Source: Nitrospirota bacterium (GTDB lineage: Bacteria > Nitrospirota > UBA9217). Taken from it: a DNA stretch of 64,000 nucleotides. Each line of letters starts with the position of its first letter. Positions within the stretch are counted from its first letter, which is position 1. Shown here in pieces: positions 21,879 through 31,401 of the stretch. Position numbers and translations under genes: made by a program. The stretch covers positions 1 through 64,000 of the forward strand of contig CAVUHW010000045.1 of NCBI GenBank assembly GCA_963741205.1. Reading direction: 5' to 3'. Below the pieces are notes generated by a model that worked only from the letters and a program-made list of their open reading frames with translations, made no database searches and was not told the origin of the DNA.

Positions 21879-22220
21879 CTAATCGACCAAGCCTGGATTC
21901 ACGCCCAGCCCCAGCCCGATGCCCAGCCCATCGGCATCGATGAAAGGATTGAAGAATGGGTTAAAAGCCGGCCGAATCAGGAACGGATTAAAAATAGGCG
22001 GTCTCACCAAGCCCAACCCCGGAGTAAATCCAAGAGGCGGTCTCGGAGCCAGCCCCAGCGGTGCAACTCCACTCGGAAGCGCGGGACCAATGAATGTGGT
22101 GCCGACTGTCGCTGCGGGCGGTTCTCCAACGATAATCGCACTCGCCTCACTGCTCATAACAAAAGCTGCGCCAATCAGCACCATGGTCCAGATCATGAGA
22201 AGCTTCATATATTTTTTCAT
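21879..22220 (-). CDS. Small secreted Gly/Pro-rich protein 3
   Basis: MKKYMK..signal peptide ending SSEASA; FNPF repeats; promoter TTGACA-17-TATCCT at 22318-22290. Confidence 0.75.
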   Translation of the reverse strand: MKKYMKLLMIWTMVLIGAAFVMSSEASAIIVGEPPAATVGTTFIGPALPSGVAPLGLAPRPPLGFTPGLGLVRPPIFNPFLIRPAFNPFFNPFIDADGLGIGLGLGVNPGLVD

Positions 22221-22835
22221 TGTCGTAATTTCCTTTCTGGGGGCCCATCTACTTGCATAGTTTACAAACATCTTAACTCCCCTGTAAAGAGGATATAATG
22301 AATCCTGTATCTTGTCAAGGGGGGGCATTGAATGTTGCAGTAATAATCATTTACTGAATGGTTGGGCAGCAGGGGCGTCAGCAAATTTACAGGGGAAGTT
22401 GAGCTACAAAGGGTAATATAATGAAATATCGTCTTTTTCGCTTTGCGACGGCAAAGAAAGCCTTCACATTGGATTTATCGTTCTGTCCGTTTCTTAAAAA
22501 GCCTATTAATATCCATCGGTAACAGGCCCTTTTCATAAAGACGATGCGACTGGTCTTTCGGGTGGCGGACCAGGCCCGTTCCCCGGGGAAAACCTGTTGG
22601 GTCACCAATTTGCCTGTACTCGGAAATAGACAGGCAGATGTCCCCGGTGTTGTGTCGTCCGGGAAGTTTGCAGATTTCTAGCCGATCGCATGCGCAGTTG
22701 TAGGCTGTCGCCGCTAAATACGATCATGAAAAAAAATAAATTCTGGTAGTCTTTGCTTTTGTCACTATATTGGCACTACAGACTAAATGGATTTCTCGCG
22801 AATTCCAAAACGCGAAACTCCTGTGAAGTACACAT

Positions 22836-22905
22836 AGAAATTGATAATATTTTTAATGCTCTGAAATCACACCTTGTAGGTGAAGGTCAGAATGGCGCTG
22901 ATAAT
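22836..22905 (+). repeat. Partial island repeat copy nearest tRNA-Sec
   Basis: GAAATTGATA...CACACCTTGTAGGTGA shared with 17348-17395. Confidence 0.65.
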
Positions 22906-23386
22906 AAATGGCGATTACGGATCGAAATGTGTGTATTTTTTCTGGTTGAGCACACCAGGAGTTTACAATATCAATAGTAGAAAAATGGGTAACACTTTCA
23001 ACAGGAAGTTCGCAGTTTTACCAACCGGGCTTAAGCCGCGAACCTGTAAATATATCTCATAATTTTAAAAGAGTGAAACTCCACTGAAGTACAGAAGGAG
23101 TCATTGAGTTTTCATTCCGCGGAGACACGTTTGCTCGTAGAATAATAATTTGGATAGCTTATTATCAGAATAGATCTTAGTTGCGGAAATTATATGCCGG
23201 AACCATGGTTCTATCGCCAGCGTGATCGTCACTCAAAGGGCATCAGAGGCTAGGGCAGCTTGATTGGATATTGTACGTCAGGTTAGATGTAATTTATAGA
23301 CCAGACGGGAGCTCTCATTTGCAGTTGATGGGGCGATTTCAAACCAATAAAAAGGACTATAATATTTAATAAAATAAAATACTTGA

Positions 23387-23485
23387 TGGCGGGAGAGCAT
23401 GAGAATCGAACTCACCTTTCCTGACCAAAGCCAGGAAACAGCGGATTTGAAGTCCGGGACGGGCACCAGCTCCGTAACCTCTCCC
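23387..23485 (-). tRNA. selC: tRNA-Sec (anticodon UCA)
   Basis: GGGAGAGG..GGACTTCAAATCC anticodon arm, long variable arm, GTTCGATT, CCA end; 99 nt. Confidence 0.95.
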
Positions 23486-23711
23486 ATTTGAAAAGCTCAT
23501 TGAAAACTAAGATTGGAAATTTGAAGTTGAATTACCACGTGATTATACTTGAGACGATGCTGGAGCGCAACTTTTTTTCTTACCAGGAACAGAAAAGGTC
23601 GCATGAAAAAGATTGAAGTTTTTTTAATTATGACCCTCTTCGACATTGATCTGCGTTTCTCTGCATAAATCCGCGTCCGAAAATGTCCTTGTATCCCTGC
23701 GCGAAAAACTT

Positions 23712-25698
23712 TTACGCATTCTTTCGCGTCAATAAATTCACCGCCTTGTCCAGATTGGCATGAGCGCCGAGCAGAACCACAAAATCGTCCGGCATGCAGC
23801 GTGAAGTCCGGGCCGGGGTTCGTCACCGCCTCTTCGCTCCGTGCAATGGCAATGACCGTGGCGCCTGTGTTTTTCCGGATGTCGAGGTCCCGGAGTGTCC
23901 TGCCCGCGGCGGGTGAGCCCGGCTCGATCTGGATCGTGTCCACCGTGGCTCCGGCAAAGAGCGCCGCCACGCGGCCCAGGTTTTCCTGGTCCAGGGATAT
24001 GCCGCGGAGCATCTTGTAGCCCCCGAACCGCACGAACTGGATCTGGTTTGCGATGACGTTGCTCGGGACGTGGTATTCGTGAAGCACCCGCGAGAAGATC
24101 TCGATGGAGGTCTCGAACTCCTCGGGGATCACCTGGTCCGCGCCGAGCTTGGTGAGCTCGTCCACGCCCGCGGCATAGCGGGTCCTGATCAGGATGTAGA
24201 TCGACGGATTGAGCTGGCGCGCGAGGCGGACCGCTATGCGCGTGGCTGCAAAGTCCGAAATGGCGAAGACGATGATCTTGGCGCAGTCGATTCCCGCGCG
24301 TTTCAGAACGTCCTGCCTCGTGATGTCGCCGTAGATGATCGGCTCTCCTTCCTCCCGGGCCCTCCGGATCGTGTCGACGTTCACTTCGAGCACTACATAG
24401 GGGATGCCCGTGGCCTTGAGCGTTTTTGCCAGATTCCGGCCGTTCAGTCCATATCCCGAGATGATGGTGTGGCCGGCGAGCGCGCAGTAATCCTTCTTCT
24501 CTTCTTTCGCCGGGACCGCTCGGGCGAGCCTTCCGGTTATCCACGGCCCGGCCTGGATCAGGAACGGCGTTGCAAGCATGGTCAGGATCGAAGTGTTGAT
24601 GAACATCTGAAACACGTCTCCGTTCATCAGGCGTTGTGCGCCGCCCTGCTGCGCCAGAAGAAAGGAAAACTCCCCGACCTGCGCAAGGCCGAACCCCGCC
24701 AAAAGAGAGCTCCTGATGGGGTAGCGGAGCGCCGAGGCGGTCAGTACGACGAGCCCCGTCTTTGAGCGCGATCAGGAGGACCGCCAGCAGGATGAGGAAG
24801 GGCCAGTGCGCGCGGAAGTAGGCGGTATGAAGCAGCATGCCGATGGAGATGAAGAAGATGCTCGCGAAGTAATCCCGGAAAGGCGTGATCTCGGCGACGA
24901 TGTGGTGGCTGTATTCCGATTCGGAGATGATGATCCCGGCGAGAAAGGCGCCCAGCGCCAGCGAGAGGCCGAGGCTGTAGGTCATCCACGCAGTGCCGAG
25001 GCAGAGCAGCACCACGAGGAGAAAAAACATTTCGCGGTTCCTGAGGCGGATGACCTGGTGGAGGAGGAACGGCACGACCTGGCGCGCCGCGAGATAGACG
25101 CCGAGGAGCCCCAGCACCGCCTTGCCCAGGGAGACGAGCACCGAGACCGGCGTGACGACGCCCGCGGCGCGCGCTTCTCCCAGGACCGGGAGCATGAGCA
25201 TCATGGGTACGACTGCGATGTCCTGAAACAGAAGGATGCCGGTGTCGAGCCTTCCATGCGCCGTGTCGAGCTCGGTGCGGTCGGAGTACATCTTGAGCAC
25301 GATGGCCGTGCTGGAGAGGGACGCAAGGAAGCCGAAGAACACTGCCTGGGGCAGGGGGTAATGGAAGAAGGACGGCGATCCCGGCAACGGCGCCGATCGT
25401 GAGCAGCACCTGCGTTGCGCCGCCGATAAAGAACTGGCGGCTCGATTTCAGGATGTCCTCGATGGAGAACTCGAGCCCCACGGCAAAGAGGAGCAGCACC
25501 ACGCCGATCGTCCGCAAGCCGCTCGACGACGCTGGTCTCGGTGATCAAAGCGGCGCCGTAGGGGCCGATGAGGACGCCGGTGATCAGGAACCCCACGAGC
25601 GCCGGGAGCTTGACCCGGTGAAAGAGATACGTGATCGGGAGCGAGACGGCGAGCAGGATAATAAGCTCCCGGAGAATAGTGATTCCCTGGTCGTGCAT
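23712..25698 (-). CDS. CPA2 cation:proton antiporter (Kef-like) with TrkA-N and TrkA-C domains, frameshifted
   Basis: GVVLLLFAVGLEFS, SLSSTAIV, LFQDI, ALGAFLAG, LAQVGEFSF, GYGLNG, YGDIT. Confidence 0.9.
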
Positions 25699-25793
25699 GG
25701 CCCTATGATAACATAATCCGAAGAAGGATAACAGTGATGAGGGGTGACGTCATTATTCCGAGAGAGCCGCTCTGCGGGATTGACAAGCCCGGT

Positions 25794-27027
25794 CTATCCT
25801 CCCCACCCCGCGATCTTCCGGCGCTTCAAAATCACGACGAGAAATACGGCGCCGCAGATCAGCCCGCCCAGGGCGAAGGTAAGGGGGGACTTGAGCTGAT
25901 GGGACACGCTCCCGGCGAACAGGCTCCCGAAGGGGGTAAGACCGCCGAAGGTGAAGGTATAAACGCTCATCACCCTGCCGCGCAGCCGGTCCTCGGTATT
26001 GAGCTGTACCGTCGTATTGGCCATGCCGAAGAAGGTGACCATGAACCAGCCGGATAGCGCTAGAAGGAGCGCCGAGAGGCCGAAGGATTTCTGGAAACCG
26101 ATGAGGACCAGCGCGAGCGACAGGCCCGCGCCCCCGCCCAGGAGCAGCGCGGGATTCGGCCCTGACCTGCTCAAAATCGCAAGCGAGACCGCGCCGAGCA
26201 GGGCGCCTATGCCGAAGGAGGACATGAGAAATCCGAATCCCGCCGCCTCACGGTGAAGTTCCTGCCTGGCAAAGACGGGGACCAGGACGTTGAAGTTCGT
26301 CGCGAAGACGCTCACGACCGCCACAAGGAGCATGGTGACGAGAACGACGGGCGTGTTCCTGATGTAGCGCAGGGATTCCCCGATGTCTTCGAGCATCCGG
26401 TACGGGCGCCGCTTGCCGGCCGGGGACGCTTTCGAAGGTCATGAGAAGAAGACTCCACAGCACGGCCAGATAGCTCACGCCGTTCATGAAGAAGCAGGCC
26501 GCGGTGCCTGCCGCGCCGATAAGCAGTCCCGCAATCGCGGGACCCACTGCCCGGGCCGCGTTGAAGATGGACGAGTTGAGGGCGATGGCGTTCATGAGAT
26601 CGTCCTTCCCGACCATTTCGATGAGGAATGCCTGGCGCGCGGGCATGTCGATGGTGTTCACGCAGCCGAGGAGCGTGGCAAGAACCACGACGTGCCAGTA
26701 TCGGACGGCCCCGGTCCAGTCGAGCAGCGCGAGGGTGAATGCAAGGACGAGGTACGCAGCCTGGGTCCCGATGATGATCTTCCGCTTATTGAAGTAATCG
26801 ATGTAGACCCCGGCAGGGAGGGAGAGAAACAGCATCGGCGCGAACTGGAGCGCCGAGACGACGCCCAGCTTGAAGGACGAATGCGTCAGTTCCAGTACGA
26901 GCCATGCCTGGCCCATGTTCTGCATCCAGGTGCCGATGAGGGACACGAGTTGGCCAGTAAAGAAGAGCCGGAAGTTCCGGTGGCGCAGGGAACGGAAGAG
27001 GGTTTTGATCATCGCGGTGTCTTGCAT
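25794..27027 (-). CDS. MFS transporter, frameshifted
   Basis: LRHRNFRLFFTGQLVSLIGTWMQ, DMPARQAF, NAIALNS..ARAVGPA, LRGRVMSVY. Confidence 0.9.
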
Positions 27028-27160
27028 AAAGGCGTTCCATCGTTCTTATTTCCGGTATAGCACGATATGGCACGAGGACCAGGAGGGAAATAAGAATGGA
27101 ATGCGGATGATATTGTTTCATCGGGGCTGCGCTGTGAATAATTGCTCAGGTGCTGCTCAT

Positions 27161-27496
27161 TTACTTGCCATCTGCGCAAAAAAACGACTCTGTCTTCGGT
27201 GAAAACCATGCTACAGAGGCCTGAAAAATGCAGCCGGCTCTTGCTTCAGGCATCCACGTAGCATAGATCATTATCGCCGAACCCGCAGTCATCGGGCCTA
27301 CCGTCTGCTCTCCACGACCCTTGATGGCGCTCTTGATCGCCTGAAACGCACCGGGTTCCGTATGGGGAACTGTCATCCCCGACTCCAGCGAAAAGAAGTA
27401 CTCCTCCGTTTCCTCAGAAGGGATATCGATGCCGATGTACTCTGCTTCCCCCGCGCTTGCCAGAAGATCATCAAGTTTCTGAAAGAATGTTTTCAT
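27161..27496 (-). CDS. Hypothetical protein
   Basis: 111-aa ORF with upstream GGTGGTG; true 3' end uncertain. Confidence 0.45.
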   Translation of the reverse strand: MKTFFQKLDDLLASAGEAEYIGIDIPSEETEEYFFSLESGMTVPHTEPGAFQAIKSAIKGRGEQTVGPMTAGSAIMIYATWMPEARAGCIFQASVAWFSPKTESFFCADGK

Positions 27497-27850
27497 GGTT
27501 CACACCACCCTGTCTTAGTCTCTATTATAATTATAACACCCGATCACCCAGGCAGCGGTCTTCACGAATCGCTCGCCGCTGCCGCATTTTCACCATGAAA
27601 TCAAAGAGAAGACATCCTGTTTGTGTGCGTCCCCGGCTGAATATCTTAAAGCTTCGATCTCTGTATTGACATCCCGTTCGCATTATCAAGATGCGCCGTA
27701 AAACCTCGTCCTTCAGGGCGGGGATATAAGGCGCTGGTTGCTTCGCAACCAGAGAATCATGCCCTCAAATAAGCAGTGGATAAATGTTCACCTGCTTGAT
27801 ATATTAATTAATATGGATGTATCCAGCAACAGAACCTGAATTCGCAAACG

Positions 27851-29067
27851 ATGACTGCCGTCGGAAAAGTATCAGTGACCGACGATAGCACCGCTCTTGT
27901 GCTTGGGCTGCTAGGCTTTTCCGCGACAAAACTTTGGAACACCGCCGTGTGGTATACCAAGGAAGTCTGGAAAACCACCGGCAAAATACCCTCCTATTCG
28001 AATCTTGACGTCGCTATTAAGCAGGAACACCCTCGCTGGTACCGCCGTCTGCACTCACAAAGCGCCCAGGCTGTATTGGAAGAGCTTTGGCAGTCATACA
28101 AATCATGGTTCGCTCTCCGTAAGAAAGGCGACATGAAAGCCAAACCGCCGGGATTCAGACGGAAAACCGAGCTATCGACAGTAACCTTCAAGCAAAACGC
28201 CGTAAAATGGAACCCGCGGACTAAAACAGCTGCGGTTCAGCATCCCGAAAGACATCTACGGCAAGCAGTTCCTGTATCTCAAAATCCGGCTGCCTGAAGG
28301 CATCCGGCTCACCGAAGACAACATCCAGATTGCCCGGCTGATCCATCATAACGGCAGTTGGTATGTCCACTTCGTATACAATATCATGCTCCCCGAACTG
28401 AAAGGAGCCGGGGAAACCATGGCCATTGACCTTGGAATGAAGCATCTTGCAGCCACGGCCTGCACAGACAAGACCACGGCGCTTTGGTCAGGCGGCGAAA
28501 TGGCGTCTCTTGAGACGGCATTTTGACAAGCAAAAGTCAAAGACCGCCAGTAGTAGGTCCAGAAAAACGTGTGCTCTTAACCAGAAGCGCTCCCGTCAGC
28601 GCACCCACCTGCTCCACAGTTTTACCAAATCTCTTGTCCGCGATGCAGACGCTCGCGGCGTCTCCACGATCATCGTGGGGGACCTTAAGGACATCAGAGA
28701 CGGCAAAGACTGGGGAGACAGCGGGAACCAGAAATTGCACAAATGGCCGTTCGATAAAATCATCAAGATGCTCACGTATAAGGCTAGACTCGAAGGCATC
28801 CGCGTTGTGAAGATAGAGGAAGGCTACACGAGCCAGACATGCTGCATGTGCGGCACAATTTGTAAATCCAATCGTGTCCATCGAGGCCTCTATGTTTGCA
28901 ACCAGTGCGGTTCCGTAATCAACGCCGATGTGAACGGCGCAATCAACATTCTTAAAAGGTATCTCCCGGAGCAAATAAGTGACTCCTGGAGTAGTGGCTG
29001 CTTGGCACAGCCTGCGGTCAACCGGTTTGCCTGGAGAAAAACCAGGCCAGTAGTCATCAGCCCATAA
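27851..29067 (+). CDS. tnpB: RNA-guided endonuclease TnpB, frameshifted
   Basis: KLWN, SQSAQ, PPGFR, AIDLGM (RuvC-I), IVGDL, EEGYTSQTCCMCG and CNQCG zinc finger, NADVNGAINI (RuvC-III). Confidence 0.9.
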
Positions 29068-29179
29068 ACCGGGGACGTGGCATACATCCCTGCCGCATCC
29101 GCGAACAGAATCAGCAGTGGCTCTTAGCGAAGTAAGGGCCTGATTCGGGAATCCTCGGCCTTCAGGCCGGGGAGGATGT
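29000..29179 (+). ncRNA. Predicted TnpB omega-RNA scaffold, interrupted at its 3' end by the intron
   Basis: Position from the tnpB 3' end to the right-end hairpin; hairpin GAATCAG..CTGATTC; 5' boundary is a guess. Confidence 0.5.
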
Positions 29180-30811
29180 GTGCGCCTAGCATGGGCGCGA
29201 TCTTAGAGGTGGAAGTCCTCTAGCGAGTTGACCACAACGAGCTAAGCGAAGCGCAACTGCGTGAGGGTGACCAAACGTGGGGAGGAAGCGTGGAGCGAAA
29301 CCGTGAGCCAATGAAGAAAAATCAGATATGAGGCGCTGGCCTTTTAGGGCAAACAGGCACATCACTGCAAAGCTCTTGTGGTCAATGAAAAAGCTGCGTA
29401 GATCTGGTGGTTGTACGGTGAAGGATCGCGTTCTTACCTGGGGAGATCTCGCCTTATGCCTGAAGGGGCAACGACCTCAAGTCCGGAGCGAGAAGTCAGC
29501 AGCGGCCGTAATAACTGGGCAACCGAGCGAAGGGCCAAACGAGAAGGAGAGTCCGAAATTATGACGACTTGGACGCGCATCGCATCAGAAGCCCGGAAAA
29601 TCGGGGCGAGTCGGAGTTAGCGCAGGTGAAGCCGGCGCTGATGCGACTGCGTGATGAAGCTCGCCCGGCGTGTCAAGCAACAAAAGGACTCAGGGCGAGA
29701 TAATCTGGTACAGCAGGTTCTCTCGCGCGAGAACATGTTGGCGGCGTGGAAACGCGTCAAAGCCAACAAGGGAAGTGCGGGCGTTGATGGGCTCTCAATC
29801 GAGCAAACCGAAGAATATCTCAAGGAACACTGGCCGCGAAATTCGAGTGGAACTTCTTAGCGGAGTTTATTGGCCTCAAGCCGGTGCGCCGCGTGGAAAT
29901 TCCAAAACCGACAGGCGGTAAGCGGGAATTGGGGATACCGACGGTCGTTGATCGGGTGATACAGCAGGCCTTGCTACAAATCCTGCAACCCATGATTGAC
30001 CCAACCTTTTCCGAATTCAGCTACGGCTTCAGACCGGGGCGAAGTGCACATGACGCAGTGCGACAAGCACAGCGATATGTGGCGGAAGGCTATCGATTTG
30101 TTGTCGATGTTGATTTGGAAAAATTCTTTGATAGGGTCAACCACGACATTCTCATGGACCGGCTCGCAAAAACGTATTGCTGATAAAACCGTACTGCGGT
30201 TAATTAGGCGCTACTTGCAAGCTGGAATCATGGCAAATGGGGTGGTGCTAGATCGTTCGGAGGGCACCCCTCAGGGTGGTCCGCTGTCGCCGCTCGTAGC
30301 GAATGTGTTGCTCGACGAAGTAGACGAAGACCTGCAGCAACGGGGTCATCGTTTCGCTCGATATGCTGATGATTGCAACGTGTATGTGCGCAGTCAGAAA
30401 GCTGGCGAGCGCGTACTTGACTCCTTGAAGAACCTATATGCAAATCTGCACCTTCGGGTAAACGAGAAGAAAACTGAGGTGGGACCGGTCTTTGGCCGTA
30501 AGTTCCTTGGCTATTGCCTACGGCGATGGTCAAAGGGAACGGTGAAAATCGCCGTTGCCCCCAAGGCAATCGACACGTTCAAGCAGCGCATACGGTTCAT
30601 CACACGCCGTGTCGGTGGGTGCAGCATGATTCAAGTCGCCGAGCAGATGCGGGCATATCTGCCGGGGTGGAAAGCCTACTTCCGCCTCGCGCAAACGCCC
30701 GAGAAATTCAAAGACTTGGATTCATGGATGCGACACAGACTTAGAGCGATACAGCTTAAGCACTGGAGGCGGGGACCCACGATCTATCGGGGACTACGTC
30801 GTCTTGGGGCA
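29180..30811 (+). mobile_element. Group II intron, class C-like, 3' end missing
   Basis: Starts GTGCGCCTAGCATGGGCGC just after a stem-loop; compact ~450 nt RNA part before the RT ORF; no domain V/VI seen downstream. Confidence 0.85.
29651..30811 (+). CDS. ltrA: Group II intron reverse transcriptase/maturase, frameshifted and truncated
   Basis: AWKRVKANKGSAGVDG, RRVEIPK, LGIPTVVDRVIQQA, SYGFRPGRS, DLEKFFD, GTPQGGPLSP, RYADD, GWKAYF thumb region. Confidence 0.93.
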
Positions 30812-31390
30812 GTCCCGTGGTTTTTGCCTCGGGCCTCAGAAACGCGGTGTTCATGACCATTCACCCGAGGACGAAGCGGGTTTGGGTCACTGAGATGGGC
30901 CGCGATCTGCTGGGCGACGACTTGCCGCCCGATGAAATCAATATCATCGATGAAGGCGGGAATTATGGCTGGCCGTTCTGCTATGGAAAGAACGTTCATG
31001 ACGGGGATTTCGACCCGAAAGTGACGCATTTCTGCCGTGAGCCGGCAACGGTCCCTTCCTCCATCGACATCCCGGCACACTCGGCGCCACTGGGTCTGGC
31101 GTTCTTTCCCGATGAGGGCTGGCCGAAGGAGTTTCGCAATGATCTCCTGGTCGCATATCATGGCTCATGGAACAGGAGCGTCCCCACCGGATACAAGATC
31201 GTACGATACCGGCTGGACAGCGAAGGCCGCTTTCAAGGGGTCGATGATTTCATAAGCGGCTGGCTTGCCTCTGACGGGCGTTCGCTCGGCAGGCCCGTTG
31301 ACATCATGATCCGGCCGGAAGGGACGATCTTCGTTTCCGACGACAAGGCGCGGCGTACTTTATCTACGGGATCACAGAAACAGGAAGAAC
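30812..31390 (+). pseudogene. C-terminal part of a PQQ-dependent sugar (glucose/sorbosone) dehydrogenase
   Basis: FASGLRNA, EMGRD..PPDEIN, GGNYGWPFC, AHSAPLGL, HGSWNRS, GRPVD, VSDD; N-terminal half absent. Confidence 0.8.
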
Positions 31391-31401
31391 AGGGAGGGCC
31401 T

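Larger units (their letters stand above)
27687..29179 (+). mobile_element. IS200/IS605-family TnpB-only (IS1341-like) element
   Basis: TTAT immediately before the left end; subterminal hairpins CCTCGTCCTTCAGGGCGGGG (~27704) and CCTCGGCCTTCAGGCCGGGG (~29153); no tnpA. Confidence 0.85.

Noticed and set aside
1139-22905. Island repeats as a CRISPR array or classical integron attC sites
   Set aside because: Copies are kilobases apart and degenerate, no cas or intI gene is present, and they lack the RYYYAAC...GTTRRRY palindromic architecture.
29328-29620. Short ORFs between tnpB and the reverse transcriptase
   Set aside because: They lie inside the structured RNA domains of the group II intron.
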